Shown in pieces: positions 12,479-24,110 of a stretch of 64,000 bases of DNA. Positions within the stretch are counted from its first letter, which is position 1. Every line of letters starts with the position of its first letter. The DNA comes from Lama glama (Eukaryota). Where the stretch lies: the NCBI GenBank assembly GCA_028534125.1, contig CM052816.1:11906001-11970000 (forward strand), read 5' to 3'. A program made the translations under genes and the position numbers. The notes below the pieces were generated by a model that saw only the letters and a program-made list of their open reading frames with translations, ran no database searches and was not told the DNA's origin.

Positions 12479-13134
12479 TTCTGTATAATTCTTGGTATCC
12501 TTTTTCCTTTCCATTCCTTCTTTACATTTTTGCAAAGTGAATAGTGCACTAAATTGAGCATTTTTCTTTTGTGTCTATGATCCTCAAGAGAAAAACTTGG
12601 GCAATATATTCCTGTTTGGTATGACTTTGCTTTAGACATTTCATAACCATTATAGGGAACTTTCTCTTGTTATTGTTGTTCAATTTTTTTTTAATGCCAT
12701 AGCCTTTCTTTTGAATATTTCTCTTTTTCCTGAAGAATGTTTCCTCCTGTATTTTCTCAGCTAACACTTCGGCATTTATGGACTGAGTGTTTCAGTAAAT
12801 GTAAGAAAATAATGTTCACTGGTAAAGCTAAGAAGGGGACATGAGGAATCTGTGTTTTTAAGTTGAATAAACCCATTTAGCTGTATTGAGATTAACCTCT
12901 TTAGCCTGAAGCATTGATGCCGAAATGGGGAAAAACAAGAAAGAGATGAGGTGAAACATATTTCAGAGAGACAAATGACCCTTGGCTTCATGGAGTATGA
13001 AGCTGTGGATTACCTGTGGCAAACTTTTGGTTCTGAACTCTTTTCATCTGTCCATTTTTCACATCTTGAGATCAAAATTCTCTTCAAAACAGATAGTACG
13101 TGATAAAAGAATAATAAGAGGTAACTCTACTAGT

Positions 13135-13575
13135 CCAGAAAAGCTAACTGCTATAACAGGAGCAACAAAACATTTCTAATGTAGCACAATATACATTTAT
13201 TTCTCACTGAGGTAATGAGACCTCTGTGTGACTGGTGGGGTGGGGCTCCTTTTCCACTCATTCCTTCATAGGACCAGGATGCTCCCGGGGACGGGCATAG
13301 CTCAGCGGTAGAGTGCTTGCCTAGCATGCACAAGGTCGTGAGTTAAAAAGAAGAACCAGGATGCTCCCATCCTGTGTCTACCTGCTCTGGGCCCTTGAGA
13401 TTATTTCTGTTCAGTTGGCTGATAGGGGAGTGGATGAGGATCATGTCTTGAAGGTATTTATGAGTTGGGCCAGTAAATGATACACACCAATTCATCTCAA
13501 GCTCTAGTCTCATGGACATACCTAACTACAGGGGAGGCCAAAAAATTAGCTTAGCAGTTTTCCCAAAGGAAGAAG
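13135..13575 (-). mobile_element. Old MLT1 (H-L group) MaLR LTR, interrupted by a SINE
   Basis: gctaactgctataaca...catttatttctcact...tagtctcatggacatacctaactacaggggaggcc. Confidence 0.6.
13287..13354 (+). mobile_element. 3'-truncated tRNA-Ala-derived SINE (camelid Vic-1-like) with 14-bp TSD
   Basis: ggggacgggcatagctcagcggtagagtgcttgcctagcatgcacaaggtc (A box, Ala-like anticodon arm), short A-rich tail, TSD accaggatgctccc at 13273-13286 and 13355-13368. Confidence 0.85.
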
Positions 13576-13584
13576 AGAATGTGT

Positions 13585-13815
13585 AGCATTTATTGTGCCA
13601 GATACTATCCAGAATCCGTTTTATGGATCAATTCATTGATCCTCAGAACAACCCTAAGAGACAGACATTTTAATTGTCCCATTTTCCAGATGAGGAAACT
13701 GTAGCACAAAGAAGTTGCTTAACCTGGCTGAGGCACGGAACTAGTGGATGCCTAAATCAAGATATGGGATCATGTAATCTGACTTGAGAATTCACTCCCT
13801 AACTATACACATTCT
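13585..13815 (-). mobile_element. MIR SINE
   Basis: attgatcctcagaacaaccctaagag...cccattttccagatgaggaaactgtagcacaaagaagtt. Confidence 0.85.
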
Positions 13816-13984
13816 GCTTAATATTCATAGGCGGGGTTTACGTAATCGTGTTCCTCTTTAACAAATGTAGAAAATAAGTGAATTTAAAAAATTTCTTTAT
13901 CACATAGGCTTCAACAATGATACTCCCTAGCGTTGTTCCAGAGAGAAATTGCGGCCTAAGCATTAGGAGGCTTTAAAATGGCTT

Positions 13985-14440
13985 TTCCCTTTGGCTCAGC
14001 AATTCTGTTGGTTCTCTAAGGAAACTCTCAAATGAATGCAAGATATTTAAGTATAAAGACTTTTGTCACAATGAAGCTTAACATAACAAATTCAGGAAAC
14101 AACCTAGATGACTGATATCAAATATAGGTTAAGTAAATTTTGAGATGTACACAGTGGATGACTCTAACCGCTAAAGATGAGCATATACAAGCATAATTAC
14201 GACATGAAATATGTCCATCATCATTTATATATACATGGACAAGTTCACAAAATATGTACATCAAGAAAATGCTTTTGTTTTTAAAAGTGTATATTTGCAT
14301 AGAAAAACCTTAAAAAAGACATAAAACAAAATGTTATATTGGTTCATGCTAGATGGTAGAATTTTTTATTTTTAAAAGGTTGCTCTATTTTAATTTTCTC
14401 CTATGTCTATAAAAACATGTTTTACTTGTATGATGGAAAA
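13985..14440 (+). mobile_element. Old L1ME-like 3' region
   Basis: ctttggctcagcaattct...ggaaacaacctagatg...ggttaagtaaatttt...tattttaattttctc. Confidence 0.65.
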
Positions 14441-15299
14441 GAGGAAGCGTTAAGGCAGAAAGTTTAAGTTGGAAAGAAGGTCCATGTGCTCAGCATGGAG
14501 GGTGATGGAGAGATGTCCATTTATCAACTTCATGAACACTTCAGGCCATTCCAAGGGACAGCAGATTTACATGCATTCAATTACCATATATTCACTCATG
14601 CCATTATATGCAGGGTGCTTCTTCTGGATCCTCCCCTTTGGCAGGACCCAGTGTATGGTAACAAGAAAGACACAGGCTGTGTTCTCAGAGAACGTGCTGA
14701 GCGTGCTAAGAAGGAGGCTGAAGATGCCCCTCATTCTGAGGGAAGAACATATATAGATATGTTTTCCTAGGGCCCACAGTGTTATGTGGCATAATTTTGT
14801 ACCAATTGTGGATGCTTTCAGTCACATTCACTTGTCATGATCAATTTTAAATCACCCAATGTCAGAGAAAGTAGATTCTAGGTGTGCCAGTTTCTTGGAT
14901 TCTTTTACCTCCAATACTGGGGAAAATTCTAAAGAAGCTTCTAGAAGGATCTGTTCAACAAATCAAAGGGCCACTTGGGTAGGACAGAATCTATTAACAT
15001 TTCTTAAGGGCTCTTATAGGTTAAAATAGGAAATAACTTACTGGGAAGCTCTGAATTCAAAACAAAATTCTAATTTTCATGGTTCATATTTTGTATTTGA
15101 GCTTCTAGAGAGCAAGGCAGCAATTTAATTCAATCCAACACACATTTATGGTAATTGCATTATAATATTTATTATAATTGCATTATAGCGCTTATCATCA
15201 CTTCAGGAGAAAGCTCAGTAATTACAGACTGCAGCAGTCAGTCATTTTTGCCTTTCGTCAAAGTGTAGGATTTCCCCAGGGCTCTGCTGACCCAGAGCA

Positions 15300-15415
15300 C
15301 CACACCTTAATTGTCTGTTTATCTTGTGGAATTATGTATAGCCTTGAGGACAGAGACTCTGTGTCCCCATCACCTGATGTGGTTCCTGGAATCTGGTAGG
15401 CAGTCAATAATTACT
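15300..15415 (+). mobile_element. L2 LINE 3' end
   Basis: ccttgaggacagagactctgtgtccc...cctggaatctggtaggcagtcaataa. Confidence 0.6.
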
Positions 15416-16269
15416 TTCTGGGAAAACCTACTCCTCATTCTTTGGCTCCTTTTTAACATTTAATTGCTCATTAGTATTTTCTTTCAAAGGGCTAGCTAGA
15501 GATGAGGAGGAATCCTTGGTCAGCTGCAGACGCTGCAGTGGGTATTAGAGAGTTACAAAATATGTTTAAAGTTGGTACTTGCCCTCGTAGAGCTTACACT
15601 CATCCTGAAATGACGTCTAGAGTCTGAGGAAAAATATGATGCTTAACTGGGTGTCACTGAAAAATAAACATTAATGTATAGATGGATAGCCACACCTTAG
15701 TTAATATAAGCCAGTATCAGGAAACCAAGCTCAACAAAGCAGGTGAATAAGAAAGTAGTTATTCAGATGGTTAAATGATTTTTTTTTAATTGTAGAAAAA
15801 TGGTTTTGCATAGGGTTTTCTTTATATTGGGTATGTCCTGAATAATTTTAACTCTGAATCACTTTGCCCTTAGAAATGCATGGATTTTGTAGCATGGCAT
15901 TTACTTGAAGGGTGGAAGAGGGTGGCGAAAGAGACCTTTCAGACGAGGAGCATGTAAAGAGTGGTCAGATGTGGGTGCAGCTATTCTTGGAATATAACTG
16001 TGAAAAGGGTTTGAAAGGAGGCAAGGAAAAAACATTGCATTTATTTAGTCATTTATTCATTCAACGAACATTTATGTAGTGCCTATCTGCCATAGATGAA
16101 AACGTCATGGAATAGTCAAGATAAGAAATGTCTAAATAAATCCATTTGGTTCAGCACAGACACATCTTCATTGAAGTTAACACAGTCTGTGGAGGAGTAA
16201 CAAAACTTCCTGAAATCCGGAAGTGCTGAGTCAAATCAAGAGCTGGAAGTGTTAAACAGTAAAAGAAGC

Positions 16270-16410
16270 ATCAGTGTTGATATCAGCAAGATGGGTTTGA
16301 ATCCTAGCTCGGCTTCTTGGCTGAGCAAAGAACACGCTCTAAGTTCAGTTTCTCACCTGTAAAATGGGGATACTAATAACTACTTTATATGGTTGTGAGG
16401 TAAAGCATTC
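16270..16410 (+). mobile_element. MIR SINE
   Basis: gggtttgaatcctagctc...tcagtttctcacctgtaaaatggggatactaataac. Confidence 0.8.
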
Positions 16411-16534
16411 AGTCTCCTACAGTAGCACCCTGCCCCATGGAGATGCATGTCTCTTCTTTTCCCCCCTCCTCATTTAGTTTTTCTCCCTTCATAGCCAGCT
16501 AATCGAGATGCTTGGGAAACGATGTTTGTTAGAG

Positions 16535-16553
16535 TGGCCTCTAGATGGCGCTC
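16535..16553 (+). promoter_or_regulatory. CTCF binding motif
   Basis: tggCCTCTAGATGGCGCtc matches the core CCASYAGRKGGCRS at 13/14; lies in non-repeat DNA with the CpG retained. Confidence 0.6.
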
Positions 16554-17309
16554 TAACAATGTAAGAGTGGTGTGTTGGAGGGTGGCTTTCTGTGAGGAGG
16601 AATATGGCATATGCTAGTGCCAATGCCTGATTATTACATGAAATATGTCCCTGGTTCACAGTTTGATGTCCCAGCCCAAACCTGAGTGAGCTAGCAGAAT
16701 TGGCAGGAATGGCGTTTTGTGAGGATACCCATACTTGCTTCCACTCTGAAGAGTTACAGACCAGTTACGACGTCAGTAAAACTGGTCACTTCTTTCAGAG
16801 TATCGCACATGGGCAGGTCATCCAAGGGAGAAAGATGAGTGTTTACACTGATCCTTAATCAGGAAAAGTGCCAGCCTCATTTCCCACCACTCTCCCAGGT
16901 ACTGCAACCAGAGTTGTGAGATTCCAGTGAGAGGGAGGGGTATTTGGAAGGGTCCAGAGGAAGACAATGGGCAAAATACAGTATTTTTTTCTTTGAAAGG
17001 CAGGAAGGGCGGGAGAAGATGAGGCTCTCAATGACAAACATGTCATCTGTGTCACCACCTCTCAACTCCATGCTCATGGCAGACATTACTAATCGATTAT
17101 GCCGATTTTCCCTGTTAAGATGGATATGACTCCAGAAATGTTCTTACAGCCCTACAGGAAGTCATTTCAAAATCATAGACAATGTGGGATGTAAACTCAG
17201 CTCTGAGCATAGACAGTCACCCCATTCAAAGGCGTTTGTTTCTTTTATTTTGCTTTGCTGTTGAGTTTTTTTCTTGTGTGGCCAGCAGTGAAATCAAAAG
17301 AGCTCTCTT

Positions 17310-17690
17310 AGAAGGTATGTTATTCAGATTTGCTGCAGGAACAGATAACCCCACTCTCTTAGTGACTTAAATACCAGTTTATCTCTCAGTTACATTGCAT
17401 GTTGGTGACTACTGGTCAGCTGCTGTGGTCTGTTCCACATTGCTTAATTTCTGTATTGCAGGAACTAGACTAAAGGAACAGACCTGATTCCAGACATGCC
17501 GTTCTTATGGCAGAGGCAAAAAGAGCAAGAGGGCTGGCAGAAACAAGCAATGCCTCTTAGTACCTGCTCTGATGTGCCATATGTCAGATTCACATTCTTC
17601 TGGCTAAAGCATATCACAAGGCCAAGCCCCGTATCAACGAGGAGGTGGGGATACTGCGGGAGACGTGGCAATGGTTAAGGACGTATTGAC
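17310..17690 (-). mobile_element. Old MLT1 (I/J-like) MaLR LTR
   Basis: tttgctgcaggaacagataaccccactctcttagtgactta...ttcttatggcagaggcaaaa...cacattcttctggctaaagcatatcacaaggccaagccc. Confidence 0.75.
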
Positions 17691-17959
17691 CTCTTTCAGG
17701 GAACAGGGGACACAGTAAGGCAGTGTGCCACAGAAGTTTCCTCCCTTTTAATCTTACTAGGGCAGCATTAAGCATTTTATGGATCATAGTCGGTAACTCA
17801 GTGCCTTTCAGGTGTCTCCCTCAACTGCAGTGAAGAGAGAATCTGTGAAAAGCTGAGCTCAGGCATCTTCTAGAAACTCAGTCCACTTCTCAGAGAGTGG
17901 TAGCCTTTTCTCTTTAGGCTGTGACTTCTTATGACACTCTTAATGGCATGATTTGATTA

Positions 17960-18150
17960 GACAGCTAACTGAACCCAGAACTCTTAACATGATTTATGCA
18001 GTGGGCCTTGTTCACCCCTCTAGCCTCATAGTTCAACACTCCTTGCCAGGACCCTTATGATCCAGACAAAAAACACTGCTTGAAATCAGATACACACTGT
18101 TTTTAATTTGCATATGCTATTTTCTTTGCCTGAAACACATCCTTCCTAAG
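17960..18150 (+). mobile_element. L2 LINE fragment
   Basis: cccagaactcttaacatg...cctctagcctcat...tttgcatatgctatttctttgcctgaaac. Confidence 0.55.
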
Positions 18151-19009
18151 ACAGACTTCCAATGCTTATCACATTAACATAGATACACACGAGTGTAGCA
18201 TCTGCCCTTTAACAACCTCTTACATGGTGTCTACCCTACTGCATTTTGACCTAGTAAGATCATATATTTGTAACCAAATACATGACTCTGTGTGTCAGTT
18301 CAAAGGGAAATGAACTAATATTCCAGCAAAAGAACACAGATGTACTGTACTCTTTAGTCCTAATTTCCCATCCTCACCAATGTCAGTTTAATGTCAATTA
18401 ATGTTGCAAGAAAAGTAGCCAATTCTAGAGTTCCCTTGGTGCCTTCGAGCCAAAAAGTAGCTGATTTCAGCACTTCCTCTGGGCTTGCGTGCACCTGGAG
18501 GAGCAAACGTGCCCTGTGCTTGGGTTGACCAATGAGTAGTAGCCGTGTAGTTCTACACCACCACACCCCACCCAAAGGAAACAACATGCTAGAATTACAG
18601 GACTGAAGGGCTGTCACCCTACGATAAGAGCACCAACTTGTGAGCCTTCTTTCTTCACTACCTTCTGAGTATTTGACCAGTGGTTACTTTTATATTTATA
18701 TACCTTTACATACATATTTATGCAGCAATGATGAGGGAAGGGGCTGCTCAGGGAGATGCTTATAGTCTGCCAAGGTCACTGGAAGCCATGACTTACCTTA
18801 ACCACCTGCCTCATAACATTCTTGTCCTACTAGGTTTTCTTTTTCATGCAACAGACTATATTTCCCCTTATTTAATGGACTGGTGGTTGGGATTGCTGCT
18901 TTTGGTTCTGGTGAATCCATAAAGAGGAACAATCCCAGCGTTCTGGAGGGGAGGAGACAGGACAAATCCGGAGGCTGCAGCTCTCACACACACACTTTGC
19001 CTTGATAGA

Positions 19010-19220
19010 TTCTCTTTACCCTAGGTCTCAGCTCTGATGACACTTCCCTTGGGTCGTTCTGAGCTGGGTGCCCAGCTATGTGTTTCTGTGTGCATCTTGT
19101 GCACTGAATGGCGTAAACGCTAAATTTCTTGAGGTAACAGTTCTTGAGTGCTCAGCACAGGTGTGGGTATAGACTAGGTCCTCAGCAAGCATTTATGGAA
19201 TGGATGGAATGAATGAATTC
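19010..19220 (+). mobile_element. L2 LINE 3' end
   Basis: aggtctcagctctgatgacacttcc...ctcagcacagg...ctcagcaagcatttatggaatggatggaatgaatgaa. Confidence 0.65.
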
Positions 19221-19404
19221 TTACTGCAGCCATTTGTTCTCATATTAAAGGACACAGAAAGGTCTTAGATTGGACTAGACCACAGAGAAAATGATAATGA
19301 GAGCTGGAGCACCTTGTTGGGAAGTACTCTGATCAAAGTAGACATGTGTCAGGATGCAGTACTTTCCCCACCCTGGGCTTGCCCTTCCTTTGTCAGCAGG
19401 CTGG

Positions 19405-19635
19405 GCAGTATGGTGGTCAAGCCCAGAGGCTAATGGCACATACACCTGGTGCTAAGTCCTCACTCCACTTCTGATGAACAGTAATAACTTGTGTGGAAAG
19501 TTGGCTTAAAAGCTGTAGATCTCAGTTTTCTCAACTGTAAAATTGGGAAAATAATGCCTTCCTTATTGGTTTGCTGTGAGAAGTGAGATTTTGAGTGTTT
19601 GGGTCTTAGTAAGCACTCAGTAATTGTAAGCTGCT
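19405..19635 (+). mobile_element. MIR SINE
   Basis: gcagtatggtggtcaagc...ctcagttttctcaactgtaaaattggg...tagtaagcactcagtaa. Confidence 0.8.
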
Positions 19636-20589
19636 AAAATCAATATTGCTATTAATTGGTATTTTTCTCATTGAATTACGAGAATAAGAAGAGATAGCAG
19701 AATGAAGCAGAGTGATATTCAGTATCTACGAGCAGATTTAAAAGGCCATCTGATTAAAGATTGTTAATAACGCATTCTCTTGCTTACAACCTCCCACTCC
19801 CATCCATGCATTAAGTGTAATCAATATAAATATAATCAGCATTCAAATAGGATGGTCTCTTTGCTACTCACTTTGCAGAAAAGTAACATAAGCATAAATA
19901 TAAAGACTGAAAGCAGTGTTGGCTGGTAAATGTTATTACCCACCTCCACTCAAATCACAAGGTTGGTTGCTTCATTAATCCAGTTTTTAAAAGGCAGGGC
20001 ACTATTGATTATACATAATGCTCAGGCTAGCTTGTAAGAAGCTGGCATTTTGGGTTTTCTTTAATAAATTTTGTTTTCTTAGCTATTACGCAGTAGTGGG
20101 TCATAGTAGATGGCCTTTGCTACAACACAGGGTTGAGTGCCATGAGAGGGGACGGGTAACCTGGGTCTGAACGGACTCCTTCCTTTCTACGAATGCACTA
20201 GTGTGTGCTAAGACATGCCCGGCCAGTGGTATCTTTTCCAGGAAGCAAGACTGATTCTATCTTAGGAGCTGGAGGTCAACAGGAATGGATAACTGTTTCC
20301 TAGGTTTGATTTCCTCTCAGTGAGGAATTCCAGTGTCCATCAGGATTGAAGCTACTGCCTTCTGCAAGTCTGCCTTCCCTCAAATGCCAGGGTGGTGATT
20401 TTGATAGCCTCACTGCAAAGGGGCAGTTTCTGCTTTGAGAGACATGCTGTGTCCCAGGGTGGGAAGCAAGGGCATGCCTTATGGGCTGAGAGACAGGGAG
20501 CACACCCATCACTACTAACTTGTCATGTCCTGGAGGGGCAGGGCGGTGGGAACCCAGCTCAGATGCTGTCCTTCATTTTACCAGAAATA

Positions 20590-20765
20590 CCATTGACTCT
20601 GAAATCACACAGACTCAGATTTTTACTTTAGCTCTTGTTCATTTTAGCTGTGTGATCAAATATATATTGTCGACCTCTCTGAGCTTCACTGTTAAAATTA
20701 GTGATATATAGAAATCACCTTCTAACCTGCTTGTAAGATATTAAGTACTTAAGAAATGATAGCTA
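20590..20765 (+). mobile_element. MIR SINE (degenerate)
   Basis: gactctgaaatcacacagac...tagctgtgtgatc...acctctctgagcttc. Confidence 0.55.
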
Positions 20766-20879
20766 TTATTTTAATAGCAATATTTGTATTATATGTAGTA
20801 TTATATAAATATAAACATACATATATACATATAGATAGGTAGTTCATTTTAAACCAGTGGAAACCTGTATGTTATAATA

Positions 20880-21040
20880 ATGTTAGTAATAATAAATTAT
20901 ACAGAGTGCCTACTATGTGATGGGCTTTGCTAAACTCTCTATAAACATAATCTCATTTACCTTCATGAAGCTTTCAGAGATGGATTCTATTATCAGACAA
21001 TGTAAGAAATTGAGGAATGAAGAGTAAATTAACAACCTGG
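20880..21040 (-). mobile_element. MIR SINE
   Basis: gagtgcctactatgtgatgggc...atctcatttaccttca...gaaattgagg. Confidence 0.7.
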
Positions 21041-21374
21041 TGAGGTGGTGTAATTTCCTGAGATTTCCAAGAATTGTGTCATTTGTTTCCTGAATGGAGG
21101 TTATTTATCCAGCATTTTCTGTGTACTCAGCGGGGCAGACTCTGTTCACCAGACTGAAGTCTAACTAAGACAAATTGATTGAAGCCTAAGACAGACAAAA
21201 ACACATGTCCAAATAATGAGACCATATCTAGTAATTGGTAGCCATGATACTGTAAGAGATAAAAATTGTTAATAATGTCTCTACTGCTCTTCTTTTCCTT
21301 CTTCATCTATTCCACCCTCCAGTAGGTAATTATTTTTGGTCCTCATTCAGGCTTGATTCAGTACTAGGTATCAA

Positions 21375-21602
21375 CATGAAATCTGGCTTCAGATTTCCTG
21401 GGCTTGAACACTTGCTTCACCACTTACTAGCTGACCAACCTCAGGCAAGTCACTGAACCTCTCTTAAGGCTCAGTTTCTCATCTGTCAAGTGGGGATAAT
21501 ATTATTCACCTCAGAATTGTGAGGAACAAATGAGGAATGTATTTCAAGCACCTAGTACAGTTTCTGAAATATGTAGATGATATTATTATTATTATTATTA
21601 TT
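21375..21602 (+). mobile_element. MIR SINE
   Basis: cacttactagctgacc...ggcaagtcactgaacctctc...ctcagtttctcatctgtcaagtggggataat, with (TAT)n tail. Confidence 0.85.
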
Positions 21603-21757
21603 TTTGAAAAACTACTTCTGCTCCTCTGGGGATACTGGGCCTTTCACAAAGGTGACACTGAGCATAACTGCAGATGTGGATCCCTTACACTTCTAAGCAG
21701 GACACTAGGGTTCTAAAAGTGTCAATGCAGGTTCTAAAAAGATCTAATCTATTAGAA

Positions 21758-21759
<2 letters not shown>

Positions 21760-21810
<51 letters not shown>

Positions 21811-21848
21811 AGGGAGAGGGAGGGAGAGGGAGAGGGAGAGGGAGAGAA
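21760..21848. repeat. Compound microsatellite (TG)24 + (GAGAGG)n
   Basis: Read directly. Confidence 0.97.
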
Positions 21849-22534
21849 TGAGAAAGAGATCTCTCCATTATTCACTGAACTCAGCATCCTAGATGGTCCC
21901 AGCACAATAGGCAATAAAGGCAGAGGACAGAGAGGAATACTCATCTGAGGGTCCTTGTGTCTCCTGCATCACCCCGTGGAGAGAATTTTTTAGCAGAATT
22001 TAGCCTCTGCTGTCCTGACCCATGGGAACAAGGATTCATCTGTCTCTAGTTTTTCCTCCAGGGAACAGCTTAGCTGTCTCTTGTTCCCCTTCTCCCACCA
22101 AGATGTCAATACATTGATTTCAGCTTAGCAGGGAGGAGAAGGCTACAGAATTGAATGTGCTCAAATAAAGTGTGGGGATTAGAAGGATGACAGTCCAATG
22201 TTATTGTATCCTTTGAAGCTCTTTAGACACAAGTCTAGGGGGTGGCTAAACTGTCCATACAAGATAAAACTGTTTAAGCCTGTTATTTATTTTCCCAGAC
22301 CATCCTGAAATAGCCAGTGCCAATTTGAAACCTTTATTTAAAACCTTACAAATAACTATAGTGCTTGCATTGTCCCTTGCTATTTGACTCTCTCTTCCAT
22401 GGTAGACCAGTGGTGATGGCATGCAGGGCGTCATCACTGTATTCAGTTTAAAGAAGGGATCATTTTAGGAGCTACCCTGACATGACATCCAGGCAAAGTC
22501 CCAGGAAGAACCCTTTCTGATAATTTTAATCTAA

Positions 22535-22889
22535 CATATGTCAACAAACTCTTTGAGACTCTTCCCTTCAAAAGGTAGATCATAATTCCCCTTCTCTTTA
22601 AGTGTGGGTTGTAGTTACTGACTTGCTCCTAACAACTATAATGTGGAGGAAGTGAAGATGTGTGATGTCTGATGTTAGGATATGTAAGGTATGGCCGTTT
22701 CCTCCTCGCCTTCTTTCTGGGGGAAGCTTCTTACAATGTCACAAAGACATTCAACTGATGTATGAAGAGATCCTTGTAATAAGGAACTGAGGCTTGCAAC
22801 CAACAGCCGTACGAGTGCACCATCTTGGAAGTGGAGCCATTGGCTCCATTTAAGCTTTCAGATGATTCCAACGCTGATATCTTGGATGC
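22535..22889 (+). mobile_element. MLT1F-like MaLR LTR, cut by the assembly gap
   Basis: ctcttcccttcaaaaggtag...taattcccc...aaggaactgaggc...ccaacagcc...ccatcttggaagtgga...ttcagatga. Confidence 0.8.
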
Positions 22890-23389
22890 NNNNNNNNNNN
22901 NNNNNNNNNNNNNNNNNNNNNNNNNNNNNNNNNNNNNNNNNNNNNNNNNNNNNNNNNNNNNNNNNNNNNNNNNNNNNNNNNNNNNNNNNNNNNNNNNNNN
23001 NNNNNNNNNNNNNNNNNNNNNNNNNNNNNNNNNNNNNNNNNNNNNNNNNNNNNNNNNNNNNNNNNNNNNNNNNNNNNNNNNNNNNNNNNNNNNNNNNNNN
23101 NNNNNNNNNNNNNNNNNNNNNNNNNNNNNNNNNNNNNNNNNNNNNNNNNNNNNNNNNNNNNNNNNNNNNNNNNNNNNNNNNNNNNNNNNNNNNNNNNNNN
23201 NNNNNNNNNNNNNNNNNNNNNNNNNNNNNNNNNNNNNNNNNNNNNNNNNNNNNNNNNNNNNNNNNNNNNNNNNNNNNNNNNNNNNNNNNNNNNNNNNNNN
23301 NNNNNNNNNNNNNNNNNNNNNNNNNNNNNNNNNNNNNNNNNNNNNNNNNNNNNNNNNNNNNNNNNNNNNNNNNNNNNNNNNNNNNNNNN
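22890..23389. other. Assembly gap of exactly 500 N
   Basis: Read directly; the round size indicates a placeholder. Confidence 0.99.
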
Positions 23390-23810
23390 GATTCCACATA
23401 TGAGTGATCTCATATGGTATTTTTCTTTCTCTTTCTGGCTTACTTCACTTAGAATGACATTCTCCAGGAGCATCCATGTTGCTGCAAATGGCATTATGTT
23501 GTCGGTTTTTATGGCTGAGTAGTATTCCATTGTATAAATATACCACATCTTCTTTATCCAGTCACCTGTTGATGGACATTTAGGCTGTCTCCATGTCTTG
23601 GCTATCGTAAGTAGTGCTGCTATGAACACTGGGGTGCAGGTGTCATCCTGAAGTAGGGTTCATTCTGGATATACGGCCAGGAGTGGGATTCCTGGGACAT
23701 ATGGTAAGTCTATTCCTAGTCTTTTGAGGAATCTCCATACTGTTTTCCATAGTGGCTTCAGCTAACTGCATTGCCACCAGCAGTGAAGGAGGGTTCCCTT
23801 TTCTCCACAG
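23390..23810 (-). mobile_element. Young lineage-specific L1, ORF2 C-terminal part, 5'-truncated; 3' end lost in the gap
   Basis: Open frame MFIAALLTIAKTWRQPKCPSTGDWIKKMWYIYTMEYYSAIK...PFAATW...SLICGI is the L1 ORF2p C-terminus. Confidence 0.95.
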
Positions 23811-23974
23811 ACTGTATGAAGATTAATAGAGAAATGTCAAACATGTATTTTCTGGTCTGATTTTCTTAATTCTCTTTCTTGCTGACTTGGTCCTGGGACA
23901 TGAATTTAAAGTTACTCACTTTTGTTCTGATCTGTGAACTAAGTCTGTTCTGCCCTTGATTGCAACAAATTAAT

Positions 23975-24110
23975 AACAAGAGTTTATCCTAGAGAAGAAA
24001 TGAATCAGAGATCATGATAGCTGTGTTCAAGCACTTGAGAAGTTATGCAAATGAGGGCTTAAACTCCCTCCAGGTGTCCCCAAGGGGTGGCCAATTATGG
24101 CTCAGAAGAA
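23975..24110 (+). mobile_element. L3/CR1 LINE fragment
   Basis: tttatcctagagaagaaa...catgatagctgtgttcaagcacttgagaag...gagggcttaaac resembles the CR1 3' region. Confidence 0.55.

Noticed and set aside
13287..13345. tRNA-Ala gene
   Set aside because: Lacks a complete T-arm and 3' acceptor stem, has extra 5' bases, an A-rich tail and a TSD, so it is a retroposed SINE-type copy
14614..14657. 44-nt exon candidate (GCFFWILPFGRTQCM) that could be chained in phase with 8483-8585
   Set aside because: Weak polypyrimidine tract; phase compatibility is uninformative when several frames are open
22731..23629. Long ORFs (179-259 aa) in the ORF track
   Set aside because: Artefacts of translating through the 500-N gap; the real part is the L1 ORF2 C-terminus
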